From Octopus sinensis (taxonomy: Eukaryota): a stretch of DNA of 64,000 bases. The stretch covers positions 5,394,001-5,458,000 of the forward strand of contig NC_043007.1 of the NCBI RefSeq assembly GCF_006345805.1, in the 5' to 3' direction. The notes below the pieces were generated by a model. The model did not search any database. It was not told the DNA's origin and saw only the letters and a program-made list of their open reading frames with translations. Positions 38,667-52,276 of the stretch are shown one piece after another (within the stretch, counting starts at the first letter, position 1; every line of letters starts with the position of its first letter). Both the position numbers and the translations under genes were made by a program.

Positions 38667-39057
38667 GATGGCTTTTGGAGGGATAATTTTTGTTTTAATA
38701 ATAATGGTTACAGTTACTCTAAAGAGTTTCGAGCTTTTTGATACCCGCTTTCAAACTGAAATTTTGTGGTTTAAAAGAGGTTGTTAACATAGCAAAAGAA
38801 TTATTTTTACAGATATACAAATAAAAGTAAAAATATATAGATATTTTAATTTTTTTTATTTTCTATCTTTTAATTTGTATCTCCTATTTGTATTTTTTAT
38901 TTGTATACTTAAAAGAAAAATTCTTTTGCTATATAAGCAACCTTTTAAACCACAAAATTTCGGTTTGAAAGCGGGTATCGAAAAGCTCGAAACTCATTAG
39001 AGTAACTGTAACCGTTATTATTAAAATAAAAATTATTTGCCCCGCCCAAAAGCCATC
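38667..39057. repeat. ~390 bp imperfect fold-back with a hammerhead-like motif in each arm
   Basis: gatggcttttgg...ggttacagttactctaaagagtttcgagctttttgatacccgctttcaaac pairs with gtttgaaagcgggtatcgaaaagctcgaaactcattagagtaactgtaacc...ccaaaagccatc. Confidence 0.9.
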
Positions 39058-39096
39058 ACTATTCATCTTTTCTCATATATATACATATACATATAC

Positions 39097-39152
<56 letters not shown>

Positions 39153-40028
39153 GTGTGTATGTGTGTGTGTGTGTGTGTATATGTATGTATATGTATGAAT
39201 GTATGTATATATATGTATGTATATATATTTATGTATATATATATATTTATGAATATATGTTTGTATATATATATATATATATATATACAAATTGAGATAG
39301 GGGTTGTAAATACATGTGATTGGGTATTATCTGGTAATTGATAATTGATTTAGATGTATTTCTCCATTTTCTTATTTTGTATATATATATGTACATATAT
39401 ATGCATATATATGTGTAGGTATGAATCAGGTACAAAGCCTGAAATTTTATGGGGAGGAGAATCGACTGGTTCTTATTTCATTGTCCCCACCAAAATGATG
39501 GAAAGCGAAATCAACTGCAGCAGAATTTGAAACCTGAACGTAAATAATGGGGAAAATGGCACAAAACGTTTTGGTCAGTGTGTTAATGAGCCTGTACAAT
39601 AATTTATTTTGGTCAGACCAGTGGTTTGTAATTCTGGAGAGTGTCTGACATGCAGTCAGTTCCTCCATTCTTCCTCTGTCTGAGGAACTGATTGCAAGGC
39701 AGAGGAAACCTAGAACAATGAGTTTTCGAAAGATGAAAGGTCCTCATAAGGACCTTCGACTCATAAGACCAGTTTTCCAGATTCCCTTGTGTATATACCC
39801 CCCCCCCCACGAACGACAGGATGCCAGTCTCCCACAGGATTATTCATCTTTGCCAGCTAAGTGGATCGGAGCAAGGGGAAATAAAATGGTTTGCTCAATA
39901 CATCGACCGGTCCAGGAAGTGAAACCAGAACCTTATGATCATGAGTACAGCATCCTAAACACTAAGCCACGTACCTTTACGACGGGCTATTGGATTGGTT
40001 GGAATATATTGTTGTATGTATATATATA

Positions 40029-40070
<42 letters not shown>

Positions 40071-40169
40071 GTGTGTGATCATTTGTATATATGTATATAT
40101 ATACATGTATACATGTATATATATGTGTGTGTGTGTGTATGCATGTGTATGAGTGTGAATATATGTGTG

Positions 40170-40247
<78 letters not shown>

Positions 40248-40405
40248 AATAGTGTATGTGTGTTTGAGAAAATCGTACAGAATAAAAATGAGACACTGTA
40301 TAATAAAACTTAACAATTTCTGAATTAAATTTCAATAGAACATTTATATCAAATATAACAAATATTTAAATTATTTTTTTGAATGTTTCATTAATAATTA
40401 TATAT

Positions 40406-40452
<47 letters not shown>

Positions 40453-42874
40453 CAAGCAAACAATTACACACCACTTCAGAAAAGAGTCACATCAAAATAT
40501 GGAAATATAATATTGAAAGAAGATATTAAAAAAATTGCTTGCTTCATGTCCTCCAGAAAAGTAATTGAATAATAAGTGAATATTATTTCTTTTAGAGGAT
40601 GTCTTCCTGATCAATTCTCAAGGAAAAAGCAATATTTTACATATTTTCAGCACATGAAATAGTAATAACATGGTTTCCTAATGTAAGCAGAAGGCTGTAC
40701 ATTTTGGGAAGGAATTTTGTCAATTTAACTCTTTTGTAATCATATTTCAAATGAATATGCTGTTCATGTGTTTCAAATAATTTTCAAAAAATAATCGATT
40801 ATTTGAAAGTGTTTAGTAATATAACAAACGCTTCGTTAATGTGGCTTTAGAACATGAAAAGTGTTTTACATACGATAGAATGTTAAAATTGAAATATCAT
40901 TTCCCAGTGGGTCAATTCTTGTATCAAAGATAGGTGGTGAGGGTGGAGTCAGGCAGGTTGGTCGTAAAAGGGTTTCAATTTCAATGTTTTATTGACTTTG
41001 GAAGGATTGAAGTCAAGTTGACCATAATGGGGTGTTTGAGCTGCTCAATACACAAAGGGAACTCTATAAAGAATTGTGAGTCTGTGATGAGATGTTGCAA
41101 GGCGTCTTTCTTTGTTGTGATTTGGATTCTATTAATCCACAATTCTTGAAATTGGAATAATGTTAATAACGATTTCTTATTTTGGCACAAGACCCCTTAT
41201 TAGGGAAAGGAGGGATACAGTTGATTGTGCAGACCTCAGTAGTTGACTGGAGCAGAATTTATCATCTTAACAGCCGAAGAATAGAAAAATGAAAACTAAA
41301 TTTGACCTCTGTGGGGTTTGAACTCTCAGCATCACTGGATATATTTAAGCATCACAAAATACTCTGCCTGTTATAGCGATGCTTCCTATCATAATCCATT
41401 ACATAAATTCCTATATTTGTGAGGAGAGTATAATCAATTACATCAAACCCCAGAAATGCAGGAAGTAAAACAAAATTGGCAGGATTCGAACTCAGAATGT
41501 GAAGGAGTGTAACAATTATGGCAAACGTTTTGTTCAGCATGCTACCAATTCTGATATTAATGATTCTCCATAATATTTCCATAAACTTGATTTTTATCTC
41601 ATATGAATGTAATAATTATTCTGTGGAATAATGGCTAAAATATATTTCTCGAAGGATCAGCAGATATTGCTAAAAAACGACTTTTAGCGAATTCTAGAAG
41701 CATTTTCCATTTTTGTTGCAGATAGATTTTACATAATTACACATTATGTAATTATTAACAAATTTAATTTTTCTTTCTATGGAATAACAAAATATATTTC
41801 TTGAAGGATCCGTAGAGAATCTCTAAAAGGCAGCTTTTAACCATTTCTAAAGACTTTTTCCTTTTTTTCTTTTCAAGGATAGATATTACAGAATTACTTC
41901 CATTATGTAAAGATGTAATTTCCAAATATCTTTTCAGGGAATATCTCCTCAAAGTTAAAAAATATTTTATGTTTGTTCACAAGTGTTTTCCTAAAATTCT
42001 ATCCATAGCAGCTCTTTTATACATGCAGATGCTTATTTTGTATTTTTTGGGTTTTAAATATTTTCGGGAGCATGATTATGGAATATGAACAAACATTTTG
42101 TAACAATTATCAAGATGTTTCTGGCACAGCTGATACCAACAAGTTATAAATGAACAAAGGATTTTAAGAAGCTGTTTAAAAAATGCGTGACGCAAATAAA
42201 GATAGAATGTAATTAACAATTCCATTACATCAGAAATTATAAAAATTACTTGTTTTATATTCTTACATATTCTTATATATATAAAAAAAAAACCCAGCTT
42301 ATTTATTCACATTGGTTTGAATTAATCAAGCATTATCTCATAGCTTTGAGATTATGATAATGTTATTTTCTTTAGAATTATATTGTAGAATAGGTGTGAG
42401 AGGCCTGATCAGGCTAGTTAGAACATAAAATGGGTAGAATACTTTTGACCAGATATTGCCGGTTTAAATTTAATATTCAAACTGACCATATCTGATTAAT
42501 ACAAAAATTTAAGAAACCTAACAAAATGAACTAAAATCTAAAAAAATTAACGGCCAAAAACACAGATAATGTAATTCGTAAAAACACGATCAGTTTGTGT
42601 ACCACGAAAGAGAGAAAAGGAGAATTCCAATATTTTGGACAACATTCCATTCTTTTCGTTGATAAAAACAAACATGGAAACTAATAATAATCTGCAATGG
42701 AATAAAAAAAAGTGAATAAAATCTAGGAATAAGATTGTGTATTCTCTGAAGAAGAGGTGAATCATGAAGTTTCAGGAATTACCATATTTAGAATAACCAG
42801 CAGAAATATAAAAAAATACTAAAATATAATATTGTTTTATTGCAGTCTGCAAACCCAAATATTAGTGTCATACG

Positions 42875-43181
42875 TTTTAGTGTCACCGTGACCGACCAGG
42901 CTATCAGATGTTGTTACACATCGCTGGTCACAATGTGCTTCGCATTGTTTTAGCCTTCAAATGACGCCACCTCGCTGGCTAAGCGAGCAGGCCAACAGAA
43001 GAAAGAGTGAGAGAAAGTGGCGAAAGAGTACAGCAGGGATCGCCACCACCCCTTGCCGGAGCCTCGTGGAGCTTTAGGTGTTTTCGCTCAATAAACACTC
43101 ACAACGCCCGGTCTGGGAATCGAAACCGCGATCCTACGACCGCGAGTCCGCTGCCCTAACCACTAGGCCATTGTGCCTCCA
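42875..43181 (-). mobile_element. tRNA SINE family 2 with an alternative 3' tail
   Basis: Head and body match the 7708 copy up to ctttctctcactctttcttc, after which the tail is unrelated. Confidence 0.88.
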
Positions 43182-45257
43182 CACGTATTAGTGTATGTAA
43201 TATAAATGTGATATTATGTTTTGTAAACTGGTAAATAAAATATAGTCTAAATGCCTCTGTCCAAAATAATTTATTATAATATAGATAGTATTTAAGTCTA
43301 TATATTAGATATGATTTATAATATATAAGTGTATGTATATATTCATACATACATACATATACACATACATGCACATGCAAATACATATTTATTATAATTA
43401 ATATATTTTTCAACTTATTTTAAAGCTAAATCTGAAAGAATAGAAGAATAGTACAGCAAAAATAAAATAAAAATAAAAAAGAAATAATAAAATACAAAAT
43501 ATGAGGAATATTATATAACATAAACTATATAACCAAGTAAAATTATTTAATGAATACCGCTTTTTATAGACACACACATATATATATACAAACACACATA
43601 TATATATTACACACATTTATATGTGTGTATGTATATATATAAATATATACATACATATATACATACATATATATATGTATATATATATACGTACATATAT
43701 ATAAATATACATTCATATACATGTATACATACATATATACATACATATATAAAGAAAATACAGTAGGTGTTTACAAGATGGTTGTAATAACTCTCAGTGT
43801 AGAAAAACATGTTGTGGCATATCATTTCAAATTTCAAATTTAATCACGTGACAAATGCATGCAGCACAAAATAAGTTATTTACATTTGAAAAAAAAGTAT
43901 GTAACTCAAAATGAAGGATAAAATTCTGATTATTGATCATTAAAAAGAAATTACTTGAGTTTCTTCTGTTTTAGTAACAGAAAATTTGAAAATTCGATTT
44001 GCTTGAGCCATATTTCCCACAATATCTGCTCATTTCCCTTCACTTCTCCAGAATCCAGAAAATAAAACAAGAAGAAGAAAAAGTTTTTCTATAGTAATAT
44101 GGGAAAATATTGTTAGGTAACAGGGGGATAAACATTTCCAAAACATAAACTAGAAACTTGTATTTTTTTGTCTTTTTGCAAATTTTGCAAAAATGAGTTT
44201 CCACATGAACAAAATAAGGTTCTTTGGGATGGCAGACACATCTCACCCACATTGTCTTTCTAATATTCTGGAAGTAAAATAAAATAAAAACAAAATAACT
44301 CTGATTTTTATCCTGCAGCATTTAAAAAAAAAGAATTAGTAAGAATTCATAGACTGAAGGGACAGGAAACAGAAAAAGGCAGAAACTGCCAGAGACAGAT
44401 TGAGAAAAGAAAGAGTTCTGAGAGAAGAGAAAATAATGGGTCGAAATTAAAAGCAATTAGGTTAAAGGAAGCCTTGCCCCAGGAGGGTGTATGTTCGTCC
44501 ACCAGGGAAGGTGTGTGTATATTCGTCCACAGTTCCTCAGCATCACAGTTGAGTGAACCAGCTCCAAGAACTTGTAAAATCATTGGATGATTTATAGGAA
44601 GACAAGTGGAGAATTATGGTGGTTAAGGAGGAGATGGGTGGATGAATATACCTAATCCATAAATAAGATACTATTGATGACCCCCCCCCCATCAATGATC
44701 TAACCAAAAGCTAATGAAAGATGACAGAAAGGATGTGGGGGTACTCATAACTTGAACAAATCTTAAGAAGTTTAATGGTAAATGTTTAATGGTAGTTTGC
44801 AGTAAGTGATCAGAATCGGTGCTGTGGGAGCCTCAATCCTACATTGAGGATAGATTCTCATTCTCCGTTGGTGGGATTCACCTTATTTGCTTTGTGTTCT
44901 AAATTTTTAAACACATTTTACTATATTGTATTAAATTGCACTCTGTCTTAGTTTCATTGTATTTATGTACGTCCCCACATGTCTTGTAGCTAATTCTGAT
45001 GGCATGTTTTGTAATTTATGGACTCAAACAAAAACTACACCAACAGCAATAATAATAATCTTTTTTACTAAAGGCACATAACCTAAAATTTGTGAGGAGG
45101 GGACATCGACCCCAGTGTTTCATAGGTATTTAATTTATCAACTCCAAAAGGGTGAAAGGCAAAGTTAACCTCGGCGGAATTTGAACTCAGAACGAAGCAC
45201 TGGGCGAAATACTGCTAAGTATTTCGCCCAGCGTGCTAACAATTCTGCCACTCGCCT

Positions 45258-45322
<65 letters not shown>

Positions 45323-45739
45323 TCTGCTTTAGACATAGGGCCAAGAATTTTGAGGGGAGAGTGTTAGATCGTTATTTTAACGATCCTGAAAATATGAAAA
45401 GTAAATTTGACGTCGGCGAGATTTGAAATGAAAATGTAAAGAGAGAAGGCAAAAACTACAAAACAATGTTTTTCTGATAAGCAAACAAATAATAAAAGTT
45501 GTTGTTTCTAGCTTAGAAATCATATTTGGTTGGTGCTTTATTCCATCGACTCTGGAACGATGAAATCCAAAGTATCAGTGAAATGCTTGAGCTGGTCAGA
45601 TTTCAAATGAGAGCGAAAAAGAATCGGAACTCTTACCGTAAGGCCAACTGTCCCAGGATGTAACGACATCGCCGTCAACCAATCATTTGATTACATACTG
45701 ATACATACTACTGTAGAAGATGGAATTTTTACTGTAGAA

Positions 45740-45818
45740 CAGTGGTCCCCATATACATAAGGATATTAAAAAGGGTCTGTGGGAAAACTAATTGAAATAA
45801 AACGGTTGGAAACGACTG
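45740..45818. mobile_element. hAT (Charlie-like) mini-MITE
   Basis: CAGTGGTCCCC...GGAAACGACTG termini with an imperfect 8-bp TSD ctgtagaa/ctctggaa. Confidence 0.55.
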
Positions 45819-46502
45819 CTCTGGAATCTTTAAAGAAAAAACTTCAGTGACAATGTGGCGCCAGTGATCTAGCATACTTTCTCGAAGATTATCGTGTTAA
45901 AACAAGAAACCTCCGGCTAAGTGATACAAGAGAGGGTCTGTTCTATGTAGATTTATGACTCCTTATTGAAATTTCAAATTAATGGATAATTGGGAGCACT
46001 TCAGATCAAAGCAGATTAAAGAGCTTATTATGGAAGATTATCTCATTATCCGAGAAATATTGAAGTCGAGAGTAATCGAGGGGCAGTTGACAAGATGAGA
46101 AAAGTTGTCACGTTCATGAACACGACAGGATCCAATTACAGGATTCCATTTGTTGTAATAGTTGTTCTTTATGAGAGATACAGAAAGTGAGAGAGGTAGG
46201 ATGAACATTTATTGAGGTGATGGGGTTAAATTAAGAGCATGGAAGCTCAGGATGGAGTTTGGGATAAAACACTAGGCTCAATGATGTGAATTTAGGAAAT
46301 CAAAGACATCAAGAATCTCTCAATTGCCCTTGTCATCAACAGAATGACATAGACAAGCTACTCTGCTACATGTATGTGTATGTGTGTGTGTGTGCATGTA
46401 TATGTATATGTTGCGTGTGTGTGTGTGTGTGTGTGTGTACATACGTGTTTACTTGAGTGTGTCCATGTATCTGTATATGCGCATGTAGGTTGTGTTTAAG
46501 TG

Positions 46503-46536
<34 letters not shown>

Positions 46537-47285
46537 GTACATGCGTTTCTAATGCACTGCAGTGTGTTTATTAAATAATTAATATAATTAAAAACCGAAA
46601 ATGTGTCAAACTTAGTAACAGTGGCTTTAAGTACAATCCGAAAGTGATGGATTAAGAGTGGGGTAAGCGATTGTCAATGATGCTGGAAACCATAGCCTAG
46701 TCGATCCCTCTGTTACGGTGCGGTTCCAAAGACATGACAGACGTTTATCCCTGTCCAGTTTATCTAAGAATTGCATTGATGACCGAAATTTATGGATTTA
46801 ATCCATAATATGACCTGCCTTTTATACCTACGCGTCTGTGTGTGTGTGTGCATGTGCGTGTGTATGCATTATACATGTATGTATTGTAGCCTTGTGTGCT
46901 TGTATTGTACGTGTGTGCGTGTGTTTGTGAATGCGTGTGTACATAGTACGCTTGTGTGCATTATAAGTGTGTAGTATACGTATTATAAATGTTTGTTTGC
47001 GTGTGTGAGTGCGTGTATGTGTATGTGTGTGTGTGTGTATTCACAACTACCAGGGTTGCATTATATTTAAAAGAATATATTAAAATTGGGAAGATCTAAT
47101 TATATGCAATTTGTCTAAATTTTAATCACTAATGTTTTTTATATTAAAGATGAAACATTTAAATATTTAAAGAACATCTGAATATTAAACAAATTTTATT
47201 TCATATCAAGTAAATATTAAGTATGTTGAAACTTTAGATGTGGTCTGTTAAATATTCAAGTTATTTGCTAAATATATGTGTGTGT

Positions 47286-47433
<148 letters not shown>

Positions 47434-47574
47434 CTTGATAAAAAACAAAAACTTATTGTTGCAGTCTGTTAAATGTTCACGTTATTTGTCAAATAAAAGA
47501 AGTGCTTGGTTAAAAATACAACCAGTGCAATCTGTGAAATATTCACTTGCTGATTGTTAAATAGTTATGCATGA

Positions 47575-47795
47575 GCAGCAAAAAGCGCCACCAAGAACAC
47601 CGTGAAGATTGCTGAGAAAGAATCTGCGTAGACGGTCCTGGCTGAAGCGAGGGGATCGGTGGGGAGTCAGTAGAATGCAACTTGGAAACAAACCTAGACT
47701 TCATCCATCGCCTGGATGAAGATGGATAATGTAAGACAACAGATACCCAGTGGCTCCTGGATACAACACTAACGATGTGTGCAAGTATTGTATCT
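47575..47795 (+). mobile_element. R2/Hero-like LINE 3' end, decayed
   Basis: KSATKNTVKIAEKES and (W)LKRGDRW, followed by a UTR (cgcctgg...acccagtggctcctggatacaacactaacgatgtgt) resembling Hero 3' ends. Confidence 0.5.
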
Positions 47796-48537
47796 GTAGA
47801 ACCGTTCGATATTTAGATATAGCTTATTCCATATTGAGTTTTAATTATTGTTTTTTTTAATCTTTCTGTTCGATATTTAGATAGTTCACACTGAGTGTTG
47901 AGATGTGATATATAGGGAAGCAGAGGTGTCTTAGTAGCATAAGGCTCTTAGGTAAACCAGTGCAATGAGCCCTACAGTAGTTATTTCTGGACAGCAAGCC
48001 ACAGCACACCTAAATCAGAATTGGGCTCATTAAATCCGTGACGCCCCTGGGTAACTACACACTCTGCCTAAGCTTTAAGACAGGGGCAGAAGCCATCCCA
48101 AATTGTTTTACACAGCCATTGATATGACGCTAGTGAAGTGAGGCGCATCATCATCATCATCATCATCATCAACAACAACAACAACAACCAAATGCTTTAT
48201 CGGTTTTTTTTGGCTCGCATCCTGGTCTGGACCGGCGCACACTGCGCTGTTGCAGCTGAAGCATTTTGTCAACCTGTAAAATGTCTTTTCTTTTTGCTGC
48301 ACTTTTTATATCTAAAAGCGCAACTAGGGTTTGCCCTGTAATTAAATATTTACTGCAGACTCGGTTACTCTTTTACTCGTTTCAGCCATTGGTTTGTGGC
48401 CATGCTGGAACGCCACTTTGAAGAGATATGTCATTGATTTTTAAAGTTCGGTACTTATTCTGCCGAACTGATAAATTATGGAAACGCTAACAAACCAACG
48501 CCAGTTGTCAAGCGGTGACAGGCAAAGTGGCACGCTC

Positions 48538-48599
<62 letters not shown>

Positions 48600-49275
48600 T
48601 CACTCACAAAGCATTGGTCGATCCAAGGCTGTAGTAGAAGATAGTTAAGACCAGTGCTGCGCTGTGGGATTGAACCTGAATGCACGAGGTTGCAGAGCGA
48701 GTCGCACAACAATGCTTCTGCTTCTGCTATCGCATTAACAAAGTTTCTTTGACAAACATTGACCAAAAGAACATATTTAGCATGCTACATATAAAGATTC
48801 AACAATGCACATCAAAATATTTGACAAACAAACAACGCATGAATGTTTGACAAATCAAAGCTCTTAACTTCAGCAGAGATCATCCAAATAATTCACAAAT
48901 AACGAGTGAATAATTAGCAACTCACATGCAGAGTATCAACACAGGCAATCGAAATATTTAACAAATATAACGCGTAAATATTTAGGAAATCACAACTACA
49001 GGTTTAACACAGACTATTTAAATATTTAACAGAGCCCATCTAAATATTTAACAACGTGCAATTAGCAAAACACGCGTACGATTTCAACACAGACCATCTA
49101 AATATTTAACGAAACCTATCAAGATATTTAATACGTAACATGAGTATTTAGAAAACCACATTATCTGCGTTCCATCACAGACCTTCTACATATTTGATAA
49201 AGACCATCTAAATATTTAACAAATAACACATGAATATTTAAGCTCTGAACATCTAAACAATTAGAGCAAATTGTC

Positions 49276-49449
49276 TAGTTAATTATTCGGTGTTAACTGA
49301 ACAGCTTGAGATTAAAATAATTGGATGCTCCTTGTTAAATATTTAGATATCTTCTTTTAAATAAAAGTAGATTTCTAAATATTTAACAAGGAGCATCTAA
49401 GTATTTTAATCTCAAGCTGTTCAGATAGTCAACACCGAATAATAAACTA
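49276..49449. repeat. ~175 bp palindrome
   Basis: ctgaacagcttgagattaaaata..gatgctccttgttaaatatttaga pairs with tctaaatatttaacaaggagcatc..tattttaatctcaagctgttcag. Confidence 0.9.
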
Positions 49450-49599
49450 TTTGATAGAAATAATCAAAGTATTTAGCGTACAACACCAGAATATTAATGA
49501 AAGAACATGGAAACATTTATATGAAAATACTGAAATACTAACCAGGAACAATTTAAATATTAACCACAAGTCATTGAAATACGAGGCTGATGATATTAA

Positions 49600-49925
49600 T
49601 TCAAGAACTATATTGTCTTGAAGGAGATTGGAGTGGACCGAGACTTTGTGACGATGGTCAAACGGCGAAATATTGCAATATTTTGGCCACGTTATCAGGG
49701 TCTGATACGTCTGTGACCGCATCTTTAGGGGTTGGGTGGACGGAAAACGGGCTCTCGAGTAACAAAGACAAAAAGGAGACGATAACATCAAAGACTGGAT
49801 GGAGGAGGGGGGGACCTGAGACCGCAGAGTGTGGCGAAGAATGGTGAGGGTTGGGTCTGAGGCCTCGATCTTCACCATCAGAAGAGCCATATTCATTCAT
49901 TCATTCATTCATTCATTCATTCATA
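49600..49925 (+). mobile_element. RTE (BovB-like) LINE 3' end with (ATTC)n tail
   Basis: VLKEIG...VKRR..LQYFGHVIR...G.VDGKR...DNIKDW...DRRVWRRMV. Confidence 0.75.
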
Positions 49926-50364
49926 CATACATACATACATGCACACACACACACAAACACACACACATATATATATGCATGCATACATACACACACACAC
50001 ACATATTTATTTATATATATGTATGTACACACCCACACACGTATATATATCTACATATATATACATACATACATACATACATACACACATACATATATAT
50101 ATATATATATAATATATATATATAATGTCATTCATACTTACATGTATATGCACACACACATACATATATATGTACTAACACTAATTTTATATAACAAAAC
50201 ATAGATATGTTAGTAAATGGTTGAAAATCTGGAAAAGCACACATACAGAAATTGTTTCGAAGCGGTGCCTGTGGATGGCCGTGGATGGTCCGTGGACGTC
50301 CGAAAGTGACCAGTGACAAGAAACGGAAACAATGCAACACACACACACACACACACACATCTTT

Positions 50365-50450
50365 ATTTTACCAATGAAGAAACGGGCGCATCGAAATCAC
50401 GTGACCTGGCAATTCCGGCGCGAATAGCAGACGATTCTCGTCTGCCAGTG
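50365..50450. promoter_or_regulatory. Candidate promoter (CpG-enriched motif cluster)
   Basis: CCAAT at 50371, TCACGTGAC E-box at 50397, TTCCGG ETS core at 50413, inverted GCAGACGA-ttc-TCGTCTGC at 50427-50445. Confidence 0.45.
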
Positions 50451-51068
50451 ACATAAATATGTGTGTTTTTATGCAGCCAGCGTCTACATGAGAAGTCCTC
50501 TCATTGTAAAAAACGCACTATTCGGTTAAACACGTTCAATTGGATGTTAAGATTTCCTTGGAACACCAGCGTCTGAACGGAAGCCGAAATTCCATATATG
50601 GCTTGCAGTGACATTTGGCTGCATACGATATAAACACGAGTGCTTTTGTGCACCATGCGCCCATATGAGAGGTAAACGACTCAGTATTCAGTACTTTAAC
50701 AATACATCCACGTTAAGTTGGATATAACGATTGCTTTTTGATATTAATATTGCTTCTGTCGCTAATAAGTTTATATATATATATATATAAGCATTTATGT
50801 ACATGATTTTTCTTTTGTAGAATTCATGAATGTAGATTCGAAGAGCAAAGTGTGAAGAAATTATAAGTTTAATGAATATTTTCTAAACACTATATATGCT
50901 CCATCAAAATACAGACAAAATGCCGAAGGAAAGCGTAGAGGTCATGCTTTTCTCATACTTAAGAACATTTAGAATATCTTACCATATACAGTCATAGAGA
51001 GCTGATATAATTAACTCACACATAATTACGTATTCTGTCCGTCTCACATTGTCTTTACAGACATTATA

Positions 51069-51120
<52 letters not shown>

Positions 51121-51126
51121 GTATGT

Positions 51127-51174
<48 letters not shown>

Positions 51175-51180
51175 ATATAC

Positions 51181-51218
<38 letters not shown>

Positions 51219-51255
51219 ATATATATATATATATATAATATATATATATATATAT

Positions 51256-51295
<40 letters not shown>

Positions 51296-51384
51296 ATATC
51301 TATCTATCTATATATATCTATCTATATATATATATATATATATCTATATATCTATATATGTATATATGTATATATGTATATATG

Positions 51385-51417
<33 letters not shown>

Positions 51418-51605
51418 GTGTGTATGTATGTATGTATGTTTGTGTGTATGTATATACCTGCATATATTTCTCATTATAGAAATAAAAAAATGTCAACGAG
51501 GTACATGAATGTAATTTTCAATTGTCATGAAATAGCGAAATTTGTTTTTCTTCTATCAGGAATCTAAATTAAATGCAAAAAGAAAAAAAAAAAACGGAGA
51601 TAAGC

Positions 51606-51642
<37 letters not shown>

Positions 51643-51738
51643 GTTCTTTAGACGTGCATATGAATATGAGTACATAATTTGCTGAGAGTAAATACGAAAT
51701 TTGTTATATGAATGTCTATCTGTATGTATGTATGTATA

Positions 51739-51810
<72 letters not shown>

Positions 51811-52181
51811 AACATATAACCTAAACATATAAATGCATATATATATATATACACACACATATGGAGAAAAAGAGCAAGTGAGAAGGAGAGAGAGAGAGAG
51901 GAGGAGGTGATACTCATAAATACATGTGCACAAAGACACGCATTGCGTATTTTTGCTGCATTAAAACAATGCAAAGTGTGTTCGGTGCTGGTCTCGACCC
52001 GATATTAATATTGGATATTTTATTCAGTCTATTTATGCAAGTCAGTAACTTCACACAAACATTTCGCAGACAAAGATTCTCTATGGAGCATATTATGCAT
52101 ACACGCAAACACACACATATATGCACACACATATACACACACATATATGCATATATGCGAACATGTATACATTTATATGTA

Positions 52182-52221
<40 letters not shown>

Positions 52222-52233
52222 TGTGTGTATGTA

Positions 52234-52276
<43 letters not shown>

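Noticed and set aside
39651-39696. 15-bp hairpin (tgcagtcagttcctc/gaggaactgattgca) as a possible pre-miRNA
   Set aside because: The stem is too short and no mature sequence is recognisable.
40930-41150. Possible old I/Nimb-clade LINE fragment (also about 46060-46350 and 56350-57700)
   Set aside because: Too decayed to assign motifs by eye.
44040-44321. 93-aa Cys-containing minus-strand ORF
   Set aside because: No recognisable domain; its start overlaps an AT-rich acceptor-like tract.
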